The position numbers were made by a program, and so were the translations under genes. From Acutalibacteraceae bacterium (GTDB taxonomy: Bacteria; Bacillota; Clostridia; Oscillospirales; Acutalibacteraceae): DNA of 56,770 nt. Below the pieces are notes generated by a model that had not been told where the DNA came from, searched no databases, and saw only the letters and a list, made by a program, of their open reading frames with translations. Every line of letters starts with the position of its first letter. Positions within the stretch are counted from its first letter, which is position 1. Below are positions 1-9,065 of the stretch, piece by piece. Where the stretch lies: positions 1 through 56,770 of the forward strand of contig JAZORM010000094.1 in assembly GCA_045656585.1 (NCBI GenBank). Reading direction: 5' to 3'.

Positions 1-1463
1 GGATAGGATATAGAAAGTTTCATGTTGTGTTTGCGACAACGCATGATAAAGTCTTTAATTTGAGGAATGGAACGTCCCAAAACATCAGCATCGAATCTAA
101 TGTATAAAGTGTTGATTCCAAGTTCTTCCATCATTTTAATATCGGCTTCAACTTCGTTAGGGAAGTAATTGCTTTTATCAAACCAACCCATCCAATATTC
201 TGAACGTTCATAACTTGGATAGTAGAGTGGCCAATAATTCATGCCCCAAGAATACCAAGGTTTCTTATGTAACATGAAATTGTCACCATCAACACTTACG
301 AAATCATCCTTGTTCGTTGAATGCACATGCTCATATGTCGTGATTGACTGTTTGACAATATCGATGGTTTTTCCGTTATGAATAAGTTCGATTGCAATAT
401 CATAATCATCCTTGCGATAGTCATCCCAGTTGAAACTAACCTCACAAAATGCTCTAGGAGTGGACAAAATATCTTCAACACGAGTGAATACTGTTTTGCC
501 ATTTTTAGAAATTGTAAAACGAACAGTAATATCTTCAAAATCCTGTGACAGATTTAGCAACTTAGCACCAATAACAGGTTTCTCATCATTGTCATAGATA
601 GGTTGATTTGCACCTGCCTCAAAAATATAAAGACCTCTTTCCATTGCTTTAATCATGGATAAAAGTACATTATCAACGCCCTTAATTGACATAATATCTT
701 GTTCGGTTACGCCAATAGAACCTATAGCTGAACCGAATGTTGTAGAAGAAACAGAGCCGGGACGGTTACCGTTAGTTAGGGGGAGATGCCCCTTGGTATT
801 ACTAAGCATAATAAAGGCTGCGGCACCGCGATTTCCGTTATCGCGACCACCTTCACCATCTATTTTTACTAACGGGATATAACGGTAATTGTGTTCGCAA
901 TTGTAGCCATCACCACGAGAACGAGCAACAGGGCAAACAAACTTTAATTCATCTTCTGTTGAAATTGCGGTATCAACAAAGAATTGGTTATCAGCAACAC
1001 TAAATTTTTTAGCGTGATTATAATGATAGGTTTTATATGACGGTACAATTCCTTCAATAACTATTGGTGAAGTTTTTTCACTGTAGGCTGCATCAAATTC
1101 GGTGTTTTTAAGTTCTAGCTCTTGCCATTTTCCATCAACACGGTCAATCCATTTACTGAAGAGAGAGCCACCCAAAGTGATAACTTGGCCGCCTTGCTCC
1201 CAGTATAATTTTATTGCTTCTGCACAAGGGGCAGGAACAGCGCAAGCGTGCGGAATCAACAGAAAAAATCCTAATGTTGCCTTGTCTTTTTCGCAAAGTT
1301 CATCCGCGGTTATGCGGTGAACATAATAACCGTTATCCTGTAAAAAAGTAATTATTTTTTCTGCAGCTTTAACGTCGAGACCAGGACGCTCGTCCATTAA
1401 GACAGCGATAGTCTTTTCATAATGGACAGCTGTTTTTGCGATTAATTCATTTGTAAGATTCAA
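1..1463 (-). CDS. Glycoside-hydrolase-like multidomain protein, N-terminal ~487 codons (3' end runs off the window)
   Basis: The minus-strand frame is stop-free from ~1490 to the window edge. It is absent from the ORF track only because it is truncated. My translation reads MNLTNELIAKTAVHYEKTIAVLMDERPGLDV...GMNYWPLYYPSYERSEYW...ELGINTLYIRFDADVLGRS. The last ~90 codons resemble the first beta/alpha units of a clan GH-A TIM barrel. The first in-frame ATG is at 1397. TTG at 1463 with GAAGGT 9 nt upstream is my preferred start. Confidence 0.5.
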   Translation of the reverse strand, partial: MNLTNELIAKTAVHYEKTIAVLMDERPGLDVKAAEKIITFLQDNGYYVHRITADELCEKDKATLGFFLLIPHACAVPAPCAEAIKLYWEQGGQVITLGGSLFSKWIDRVDGKWQELELKNTEFDAAYSEKTSPIVIEGIVPSYKTYHYNHAKKFSVADNQFFVDTAISTEDELKFVCPVARSRGDGYNCEHNYRYIPLVKIDGEGGRDNGNRGAAAFIMLSNTKGHLPLTNGNRPGSVSSTTFGSAIGSIGVTEQDIMSIKGVDNVLLSMIKAMERGLYIFEAGANQPIYDNDEKPVIGAKLLNLSQDFEDITVRFTISKNGKTVFTRVEDILSTPRAFCEVSFNWDDYRKDDYDIAIELIHNGKTIDIVKQSITTYEHVHSTNKDDFVSVDGDNFMLHKKPWYSWGMNYWPLYYPSYERSEYWMGWFDKSNYFPNEVEADIKMMEELGINTLYIRFDADVLGRSIPQIKDFIMRCRKHNMKLSISY

Positions 1464-1630
1464 AAAATCACGACCTTCAAATTTTGTTTTATGTTTAGTT
1501 TTTGTTTTTATTATACAATATTTTGATTGAACAAAAAATAAATAAAACTACCATTTTATATAACTTTTTAATCATATTGTGTTCGATATAACGAATTAAT
1601 CCACTACAAATTGTTATTTTAATAATCAAA

Positions 1631-1673
1631 CAATAAAAAACAAAAACTGACACCACCTGGAAAGTGATGTCAG
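1631..1673 (-). terminator. Intrinsic terminator after the PMI-fold gene
   Basis: CTGACACCAC / GTGATGTCAG stem (one mismatch, 7-nt loop), followed on the minus strand by a T-run (plus-strand A-run 1631-1646). It lies ~95 nt past the stop at 1768. Confidence 0.5.
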
Positions 1674-1767
1674 TACGTTGCTCAAATTTGTAAAATTTGA
1701 TATAATAAGTGCTTTTTTTGGTGATGCGCACAGCGTATCATTGGTTATGCATAGCACTTTAAAAGCA

Positions 1768-3627
1768 TTAACCTTTTTTCATTCTGATTTGAACGACAGT
1801 GCAAGTGCCTCCACCGTTGTTGATGAATTCATATTCTCCAAATGTAGCAGGTATTGCAGCAGCCTGGAGCCAATCAAGAGTTGTTTGCAACTTCGGATTT
1901 GATTTCGAGCGAATTGTAATGCTGTCACCAACCGTAAGAGTTACAACGTTCATAAACTTGCCTTGAGTGTCATTTGGACAAGATTTCTTAAAGTGGAAAC
2001 GTTCGATATGGAAAGGCATTTCCGGAAGAGTAGTATATTGCTCAATTGAATAATCGGGAGTCCACTTTTGAATAATCGGACGAGCTCTAAGATTATCTTT
2101 AACCCAGTTTTCACGGCGGTGTCTGTCAACTGCAAATCCATGTTTACAGTGCAAACGGCATTTAGGAGCGGTCATCGTCTTGGTTTCATCATCCCAAGAA
2201 TTACGTCCATAGTCGTGAGTATAGAATGAATATTCACAAGTGGTGGTATTAACATTAGTATCAAGTTCAAGAACCATTTGACGACCACCGTGACCATGTG
2301 TTGTTCCGGGCGGGATTAAGAATAAATCGCCGGGAGCAGTTGGCCAAATCTTAACATAATCTTTCCAATCGGGTATAAGGTCAATGTTCTTGGAGGCTTC
2401 GAAGCACTTTCTTTCCCATTCTTCAAGGTCGGCATGCTCTTGGAAGCCCATAATTGTTGCAGAGTTCTCATATGCTTCCAAAATATAGTATGTTTCATAT
2501 CTTCCGAATTGTTCGTTAAAGTTTCTGCGAACGTATTCGGTTGAGGGATGAAGATGCTGAGTCATTGCTGTACGCTCAAGGGGTGTTTCGGGGTCGGGGA
2601 AGTAACCGTCATCGATAGCCGCAAGGAGTGGCCACCACTTCGGAACTTTTTCGTCCCAATATTTACCTACAAGTCTATCGCCATACTGTAATAGGTTGAC
2701 GGAAGGTAATCTGATTTGTTTGCCATCGGCAATTTCAATAATAAGGTCGAGTTTCGGTGAAGAAATGTTATTCCACGCACTATTGTCTAATCCCGGAACA
2801 TCCCAGATTTGTTTAAAACGATATGCACCGAATTCACCGGGCATAAAAATCTTTACCTGCTTAATAGGATACTGGAGTAAGGTGGTTATAAGAGTATCGT
2901 AAGCCTTTCTCGGAATTAATGTGAGTTTTTCCAGATGTACGGCATCTACGAAATAATCCATAGTTTCGAGAATGTGCCATTTTTGGTTATCGAGTAGGTG
3001 GAAATCTATGTAATATAAATCTTTCCAAATGTAATTTGGATCAGGTTCTTCATAGCCAAAAGGAACGAGCTTTCCGCCCCAGAAACTCCACATAATGGGG
3101 TCTTTGGTCATTTCAAAGTAGAACTTAGTTGCATAGCAATCTTCAATTTCCTTTATGGCTGAGCCAGAACCCCAAACGATATAAGCTTTTGGATTATCAC
3201 ATTTTGTTTCAGAAATGTCAGTTAATCGTTTGCCTAAATCAGCAACCTTGTCCATATCCATTATATCCTGAATTAAACCGTCTTGGTTTTCATAACCAAA
3301 AGCAGGGTCATCAGTTAAGAAAGGTTTTCTGTATTCTGCTATTTCCTCATGGCTCTTAAATACACCGCAAATATTTTCGGACTCAATAGATATTCCGTGT
3401 TTCTTTGCATCTGCTTCAAGAAGTTTTAAAATTTCCGACCAATTAACACAATAGTTACCATCAAATGCGATAGTACAAGCTTTACCGGTTTTTTCATAGT
3501 GTTCTAAAACAATATGAACGATTCTGCAAATAGTCTCTGAAGTACCATAGGTTATCGATTTGGCGGTTTCTTCATCGACATCAATTTTGTTTTCAGCATT
3601 TACGCTATATTCGTATAAATTTGGCAT
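1768..3627 (-). CDS. Long (619 aa) type I phosphomannose-isomerase-fold cupin protein, sugar isomerase of unknown specificity
   Basis: The C-terminal half keeps the PMI type I metal/catalytic signatures in order: QHLHPS (cf. QVHPD), RYETYYILEA (cf. EMWYV), PPGTTHGHGG (cf. AGTxHA). These sit behind a ~330-aa N-terminal extension. AGGAG SD lies 8 nt upstream of the ATG. Confidence 0.55.
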   Translation of the reverse strand: MPNLYEYSVNAENKIDVDEETAKSITYGTSETICRIVHIVLEHYEKTGKACTIAFDGNYCVNWSEILKLLEADAKKHGISIESENICGVFKSHEEIAEYRKPFLTDDPAFGYENQDGLIQDIMDMDKVADLGKRLTDISETKCDNPKAYIVWGSGSAIKEIEDCYATKFYFEMTKDPIMWSFWGGKLVPFGYEEPDPNYIWKDLYYIDFHLLDNQKWHILETMDYFVDAVHLEKLTLIPRKAYDTLITTLLQYPIKQVKIFMPGEFGAYRFKQIWDVPGLDNSAWNNISSPKLDLIIEIADGKQIRLPSVNLLQYGDRLVGKYWDEKVPKWWPLLAAIDDGYFPDPETPLERTAMTQHLHPSTEYVRRNFNEQFGRYETYYILEAYENSATIMGFQEHADLEEWERKCFEASKNIDLIPDWKDYVKIWPTAPGDLFLIPPGTTHGHGGRQMVLELDTNVNTTTCEYSFYTHDYGRNSWDDETKTMTAPKCRLHCKHGFAVDRHRRENWVKDNLRARPIIQKWTPDYSIEQYTTLPEMPFHIERFHFKKSCPNDTQGKFMNVVTLTVGDSITIRSKSNPKLQTTLDWLQAAAIPATFGEYEFINNGGGTCTVVQIRMKKG

Positions 3628-3742
3628 GTTTTTTCTCCTTTATAAAGAATTTAAAGCGAGACAAACGCTTCTATTACCAAATATAACATTATTCAACGGT
3701 TAATGAAAGACAAAAAAGAAAAGAAAATAGACAAAAGGTATC

Positions 3743-4537
3743 TTATGCTCGGTTGTTTTTGCTCAATTTCTTAGCGGCTTGCAATGGGGTTCTTCCGGTC
3801 ATTTCAAGATAAATTCTATTAAAGTTTCGTATACTTTGAAAACCGCTTAGCATGGCAATATCTGTTATAGAAATATTTTCGTTTTGCAACATATCGGTTG
3901 CGGCATCCACCTTATATAAATTAACGAATCGAGAAAAATTCATAGGAATACAGCTGTGAAAATACCTTGATAAATAGTGCTTTTCATAACCCAATTCTTG
4001 AGCAATTTGTGATAATGTCAAACCGTCCTTAAAGTTATTTTCAACATAATTTAAAATTGAATATAATAAATCTTCGTTATCAGAACTAAATTTTTTAAGG
4101 GCAACCTGCTTTCTGTATTCACCTAATAAAGAATATAAAGAAGCTTTAACGCTGTACCATTCGAGTGGTTCATTTGGCAAAAAGAGTTGTTCGTGCAGGA
4201 AGTTATCTATGCTTTTGGAACATTTGAATATAGTGCTTTCAGCAACCATACCGGTAACCTTTTTTTTAAACGGATGAACTAAATCTCCTGAAAAAATTAT
4301 ATTATATATGTTCGAGTGAATTGGTGTATGAACAGCATGGATTTTATTAGATAGGATTAAAGCGTACTCACCTTTGCTAATTTCTTCCTGACCACAGCTT
4401 GAATCAATAATAATTGAACCTTTCTTCACATAAAAGAGTTCAAAATGCCTGTGTATATTCGGAGTGCAATGAAAATCGACATGCTCTGTGCATGTGCAAA
4501 TATCACGGCCTATTGAATTGGTTTCGTCAAAAAACAT
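3743..4537 (-). CDS. AraC-family transcriptional regulator (cupin sensor + AraC HTH)
   Basis: C-terminal AraC-type double HTH (LSQIAQELGYEKHYLSRYF ... SGFQSIRNFNRIYLEMTGRTP). N-terminal cupin-like domain. GGAG SD upstream. Confidence 0.8.
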   Translation of the reverse strand: MFFDETNSIGRDICTCTEHVDFHCTPNIHRHFELFYVKKGSIIIDSSCGQEEISKGEYALILSNKIHAVHTPIHSNIYNIIFSGDLVHPFKKKVTGMVAESTIFKCSKSIDNFLHEQLFLPNEPLEWYSVKASLYSLLGEYRKQVALKKFSSDNEDLLYSILNYVENNFKDGLTLSQIAQELGYEKHYLSRYFHSCIPMNFSRFVNLYKVDAATDMLQNENISITDIAMLSGFQSIRNFNRIYLEMTGRTPLQAAKKLSKNNRA

Positions 4538-4576
4538 AATATCACTCCAAAAAGTTAAAAACGTTGTTCGTTTGAA

Positions 4577-5410
4577 TTATTTTTGGCTTTGTCGGTATTC
4601 TGCTGGTGTTAATCCAAAACGCTTTTTAAAAAACATTGAGAAATATGAAGTGTCATTAAAGCCACAGTCACTTGCTATTGCGCTGATTTTTATATTTGTA
4701 TCAGACAAGAGAAAACGAGCATTATTTAGTCTAACTTGCAAAATATACTCTTTTGGCGTAAGGCCTGTTTGATTTTTAAAAAGTTTCAAAAAATAATTAG
4801 GACTCAAGTGTGCCGTTCGCGCCAAATCAGTAAGCGAGATATTTTTTTCGAAGTTTGAGCTTATATACTGACAAGCCTCTCTGATAACTAAACTTATTTG
4901 ATCCTCTTTTTGTGTCGCTTTTAGGCAAATATCAGCGTTTATCAAAAAAAACAATTCGTTAATTAATGTAATTTGTTGTTTGCGATTTTCTTTTAGCGGA
5001 TATGAATTTAGAATGAGGTTTTTATAAATTCTTATGTAGTCACTGAAATGCTTGGGATAGAAATGAGGGGGGATATTTTCGATTAACGGATGATGAAATT
5101 CCTTTTGAATAGTTTTGTTTCCGAGTCTTACATATCCTTCACTTTTGATATTTACATCAGCATCAAAATTAAGTGTAAGGGCATACATATCATAATCACC
5201 TGAGCCAAAAGTTAATTGACCCGGTTTTCGAAACACCATGCTGCCTTCGGTAATATTAAAAGTTTTCTCGTCAACAACTAATGTTCTCGTACCACCTAAA
5301 TAAAAATCAATCTCATAATCTGCGACGACACGCGAGTCAGTCGTATTTGACTTAGAAACAAATTTTTTCACTTCAACAACCTGCGGTTTTAAGGATAGTA
5401 TATTATTCAT
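4577..5410 (-). CDS. AraC-family transcriptional regulator (second copy)
   Basis: C-terminal AraC HTH (LTDLARTAHLSPNYFLKLFK ... CGFNDTSYFSMFFKKRFGLTPAEYR). The ATG at 5410 has AAAGGTG 7 nt upstream, whereas the track's GTG at 5419 abuts that SD. Confidence 0.8.
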   Translation of the reverse strand: MNNILSLKPQVVEVKKFVSKSNTTDSRVVADYEIDFYLGGTRTLVVDEKTFNITEGSMVFRKPGQLTFGSGDYDMYALTLNFDADVNIKSEGYVRLGNKTIQKEFHHPLIENIPPHFYPKHFSDYIRIYKNLILNSYPLKENRKQQITLINELFFLINADICLKATQKEDQISLVIREACQYISSNFEKNISLTDLARTAHLSPNYFLKLFKNQTGLTPKEYILQVRLNNARFLLSDTNIKISAIASDCGFNDTSYFSMFFKKRFGLTPAEYRQSQK

Positions 5411-5970
5411 AAAAAACACCTTTACATTTCTTAACTATGCTTGAATTATATCATTTAATTTTTATGAATACAAGCAAAATGTTAAAAAAATTATATTTTT
5501 GGATAAATAATTAACTTGTTAAAATTTCGTTTTTCCCATAAAATTGATATCGACCATTAATCATATTATATCTTCGTTTGACTTGATAAATCAGTAAAAT
5601 AGTATTAGCTATAGCAATTGTTTTGTTGACATTTTAATATTTTTTACCCTGGTTGGTAATCATGATGGTTATGAGATATCGGAAATAAAAGGTGTATGAC
5701 AAGCATTTTACAATTTATTCGTACACCAATTAATGTTAAATATGTCACAGTAACAATGATAAGTTTTTTATATTCTAAAATGAGTCTTTGATCGCCGTCA
5801 ATTTTGCTTTATTTGACAAAACGATACTCCTTTGGCATTGGCTTTGATTGAGATAAAGTTTGCTAAAGTGCGTGAAAGAAACAAACTTTTATATCTCGCG
5901 CCTAGCGAATGTAGAAAACACAATATTACTATTAGTTTTTAAAATGAGAAATTTAAACGGCTATTTTTAA

Positions 5971-6056
5971 TTTTTGAAGTTTTCATTCTTGTTATCCTTT
6001 TGAAGGAGGGTACCCTCGAGTTTTATTGAGGTTTTCGGGGGGCTCTTTTACCTTTT
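5971..6056 (+). repeat. Copy 1 of a conserved ~85-nt leader/operator element, upstream of the PHP gene
   Basis: Near-identical to 6945-7029 in the same orientation. The core is TTTTCATTCTTGTTATCCTTTTGAAGG-N-ACCCTCGAGTTTTATTGAGGTTTTCGGGGGGC. It ends ~73 nt before the ATG at 6130. Confidence 0.7.
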
Positions 6057-6129
6057 GCAAAGCGATTAAGCAGAGAATATAGAATGCAGAATTAACAATA
6101 AATAAATTGCAGATAGAGGTGCCAAGAAA

Positions 6130-6819
6130 ATGAAAATTGATATGCATACACATTGTTTACCGGTAAGCCGTTGTGCTCATCATATGGCTGAATTGTTGCC
6201 TGATATGTTTCGTGAGGCGAGTATAGATGCTATTGTTTTGACTAACCATTGTTCGCCGTATCATTGTGATGTATTGGGAGAAACGCATGAAAAACAAGCG
6301 TTAGAGTACATTGACGTTTATCGTCGCTGCAAGCAGAGAGGCGAAAGTATTGGCTTTAAAGTGTTCTTTGGTGTTGAGGTTAAGTTAATTAATGAGCCTA
6401 ACTTACCTGAATTTCTATTGTATGGTATCTCTGAGGAAGATTTTATATTGCATTATCCACTATATGATAAAACTCAAAAGGAATTGTATGATTTTTGTGA
6501 GCAAAAAAATATTCTTATGGTGCAGGCGCATCCTTTTAGGATAGAACAAGGACATAAACCTGCAAATATAAAATATGTTCACGGTATCGAGGTATATAAT
6601 TCACACCCTTCCTTTGATGCAAATTTCGAACAAGCCTTTGATTTGGCAAATAAAAACAATAAAATTAAGACTGCCGGTTCGGATTTTCATATTAAAGCTC
6701 AGGCCGGTAGCGCAGGGATGATAGTACCCGATGATATTGAAGATCAATTTATGTTAAGGGAATATTTAAAAAAATGCAATTTCTCGATTTTTTCAGAGAA
6801 AGGTGTTATTGAAATTTAA
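6130..6819 (+). CDS. PHP-domain metal-dependent phosphoesterase
   Basis: N-terminal DMHTH motif, then QAHPFR, and GSDFH near the C-terminus. This is the classical PHP His/Asp pattern. GAGGTG SD upstream. Confidence 0.7.
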   Translation: MKIDMHTHCLPVSRCAHHMAELLPDMFREASIDAIVLTNHCSPYHCDVLGETHEKQALEYIDVYRRCKQRGESIGFKVFFGVEVKLINEPNLPEFLLYGISEEDFILHYPLYDKTQKELYDFCEQKNILMVQAHPFRIEQGHKPANIKYVHGIEVYNSHPSFDANFEQAFDLANKNNKIKTAGSDFHIKAQAGSAGMIVPDDIEDQFMLREYLKKCNFSIFSEKGVIEI

Positions 6820-6944
6820 ATAGTATTTACATATTAGATTAAAAATCACATTTTGATAATGGTAATATTTCTAATAAAAGTGTTTTACAATAACGTTCTT
6901 AAAACAGTAATCGCAGAAGTCTTATTGTTTGAGAGGACATAAAA

Positions 6945-7029
6945 TTTTTTGAAATTTTCATTCTTGTTATCCTTTTGAAGGGGGGACCCTCGAGTTTTAT
7001 TGAGGTTTTCGGGGGGCCTTTCACCTCTT
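6945..7029 (+). repeat. Copy 2 of the conserved ~85-nt leader/operator element, upstream of manA
   Basis: Aligns with 5971-6056 with only a few substitutions and one 1-nt indel in the central 70 nt. It ends ~117 nt before the manA ATG. Confidence 0.7.
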
Positions 7030-7146
7030 ACTCATGTGATTATCAGATAGTACTTGAGGATTGTAAGAATATTACTGCTTTCCTTATTTACCTGTAGTTT
7101 ATTATGAATCTTGTTAATCTTAATTTTTAATTTAAATGGGAATAAT

Positions 7147-8109
7147 ATGAATAAATATCCTTTGTTATTAAAACTACCCATTAAAGATTATTTGTGGGGT
7201 GGAACAAAATTAAAAACTGATTTTGGCTTTGAAACCGAGAAAGATATTGCTGCTGAAGCTTGGATGCTGTCGGCCCATAAGGATGGTATGAATATAGTCC
7301 TTAACGGTGAGCATAAAGGCAAGACTTTAAACGAAGTTTTGGAGATTTGGGGTAAATCTGCGCTTGGTAAAAAGGCGGAGAAGTTTTCATATTTCCCAAT
7401 CCTTATAAAACTTATAGATGCCAAACAAAAACTTTCAGTTCAGGTGCACCCTGATGATGACTATGCACTTTCTAACGAGGGTGAATACGGTAAAACTGAG
7501 ATGTGGTATGTCGTAGACTGTGAAGAGGGCGCAGAGCTCATTTATGGCTTTAACAAGGAAATATCTAAAGAAGAATTTGAAAAAAGAATAAAGGATAATA
7601 CCTTAACTGAAGTATGTAATTTTGTTCCGGTACATAAAGGCGATGTATTCTTTATTGAGGCGGGTACTCTTCACGCAATAGGTGAGGGGATACTTATAGC
7701 TGAGGTTCAGCAAAATTCAAATACTACTTATCGAGTATCAGATTATGGCAGACTCGGTGCAGACGGCAACCCGAGAGAATTACATATAGATAAGGCGATA
7801 GACGTTACAAAGACTGAACGCCCAACAATACCTTATGGTAATGTTGGAAACGTTACAGCTTATGGAGAAAATACTTACCGTGAACTCGCTTCTTGTGATT
7901 TGTTTAAAAGCGGTATAATTTCTCTTAGAAATAATTTTACTATTAATACCGATGATAGTTTTGCTTCTTTAATTGTTCTTGAAGGTGATTTAAAACTCAA
8001 TTGGAATAATGAAGAAGTCAGGGTCAAAAAAGGCGACAGTGTCTTTATTCCTGCGGGATTTGAAATCAAACTCGAAGGTAATGCTGAAATTTTGTATAGT
8101 TATATATAA
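7147..8109 (+). CDS. manA: Mannose-6-phosphate isomerase, class I (short Firmicute type)
   Basis: MNKYPLLLKLPIKDYLWGG..., QVHPDD, KTEMWYV and GTLHAIGEG are PMI type I Zn-ligand motifs. The start was moved to the ATG at 7147. Confidence 0.85.
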   Translation: MNKYPLLLKLPIKDYLWGGTKLKTDFGFETEKDIAAEAWMLSAHKDGMNIVLNGEHKGKTLNEVLEIWGKSALGKKAEKFSYFPILIKLIDAKQKLSVQVHPDDDYALSNEGEYGKTEMWYVVDCEEGAELIYGFNKEISKEEFEKRIKDNTLTEVCNFVPVHKGDVFFIEAGTLHAIGEGILIAEVQQNSNTTYRVSDYGRLGADGNPRELHIDKAIDVTKTERPTIPYGNVGNVTAYGENTYRELASCDLFKSGIISLRNNFTINTDDSFASLIVLEGDLKLNWNNEEVRVKKGDSVFIPAGFEIKLEGNAEILYSYI

Positions 8110-8142
8110 ATTCAAATGGTTTAAAATTTAGGAAGTGCAAGG

Positions 8143-9030
8143 TTGCAAAATACAGATATTAAAAGATTAAATTCGGAGTGTATATTTTGTCTGTTAAATA
8201 AGCATTTAAAAAATATACCTGGAAATATATCCGAAGAATTAAAAGTAAAGTATATACAAAGGGTATTGTCAATTATCGCTCGAGCAAAGGACAATGCTAG
8301 TGCGCCTGAAATATTAGAAAGTATTATAAGGGCACAAAAAAATATACTTGGAATAAAAACAAGTTATACTAAAATTAAACATTATTATAATCAGCTTATG
8401 CTTTCAAAGGAAGCAGATATTCGACAAGAAATAGAGACTTCAGCAGATAGTTTCAAAAAAGCGCTTTTATTTGCGATGGTTGGTAACTATATTGATTTTG
8501 GAGCGATGGATACAGTCAACGAGAGAAAGCTTTATAAAATGCTTTCAACTGTTGATGATAAAGATGTAAATATAGTTGAACTTGAAAACTTACGACAAGA
8601 AATAATTGTGGCAAAAAAATTGGTATATTTAACTGATAATTGCGGTGAAATAGTACTTGATAAATTATTTATAGAGCAAATAAAGAAACACAATCCTTCG
8701 TTAGAAATATCGGTAATTGTACGTGGCAAAGATGTACTTAATGACTGTACGCTTACAGATTCTAAAGAGGTTGGAATGCAAGAGATTGCAAACGTTATTT
8801 CTAACGGTACAGCAATTGGCGGTACATGTTTAGATAAAATTTCCGCTGAAGCCAAAGATTTAATTGATATGGCTGATGTCATCATTTCAAAAGGACAAGG
8901 TAATTTTGAAACCCTTAGATTTTGCGGAAAAAATATTTATTATCTTTTCCTTTGCAAATGTGAAATGATTGCACGTAGATTAAAAAGTCCTATTCTTAAA
9001 GGAATGCTTTTAAATGATATGCGAATGTAA
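8143..9030 (+). CDS. DUF89 (ARMT1-like) metal-dependent phosphatase
   Basis: Carries the DNCGEIVLD (DNxGE) motif and a C-terminal SKGQGNFE motif typical of DUF89. TTG start 33 nt after the manA stop, so probably co-transcribed. Confidence 0.65.
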   Translation: MQNTDIKRLNSECIFCLLNKHLKNIPGNISEELKVKYIQRVLSIIARAKDNASAPEILESIIRAQKNILGIKTSYTKIKHYYNQLMLSKEADIRQEIETSADSFKKALLFAMVGNYIDFGAMDTVNERKLYKMLSTVDDKDVNIVELENLRQEIIVAKKLVYLTDNCGEIVLDKLFIEQIKKHNPSLEISVIVRGKDVLNDCTLTDSKEVGMQEIANVISNGTAIGGTCLDKISAEAKDLIDMADVIISKGQGNFETLRFCGKNIYYLFLCKCEMIARRLKSPILKGMLLNDMRM

Positions 9031-9065
9031 TTGCGTTTAAAGCTTTCATATATTTTGTTAAAGAT

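Noticed and set aside
6009-6020. Adjacent KpnI (GGTACC) and XhoI (CTCGAG) sites in repeat copy 1, reminiscent of a cloning-vector polylinker.
   Set aside because: Copy 2 has GGGGGGACCCTCGAG with no KpnI site. No other polylinker or vector sequence surrounds it. The palindromes are part of the conserved natural element.
5971-7029. Whether the two 85-nt repeats are a CRISPR fragment or a MITE.
   Set aside because: There are only two copies, ~975 bp apart, separated by a full gene. The element has no terminal inverted repeats or target duplications, and both copies sit in the same orientation just upstream of gene starts.
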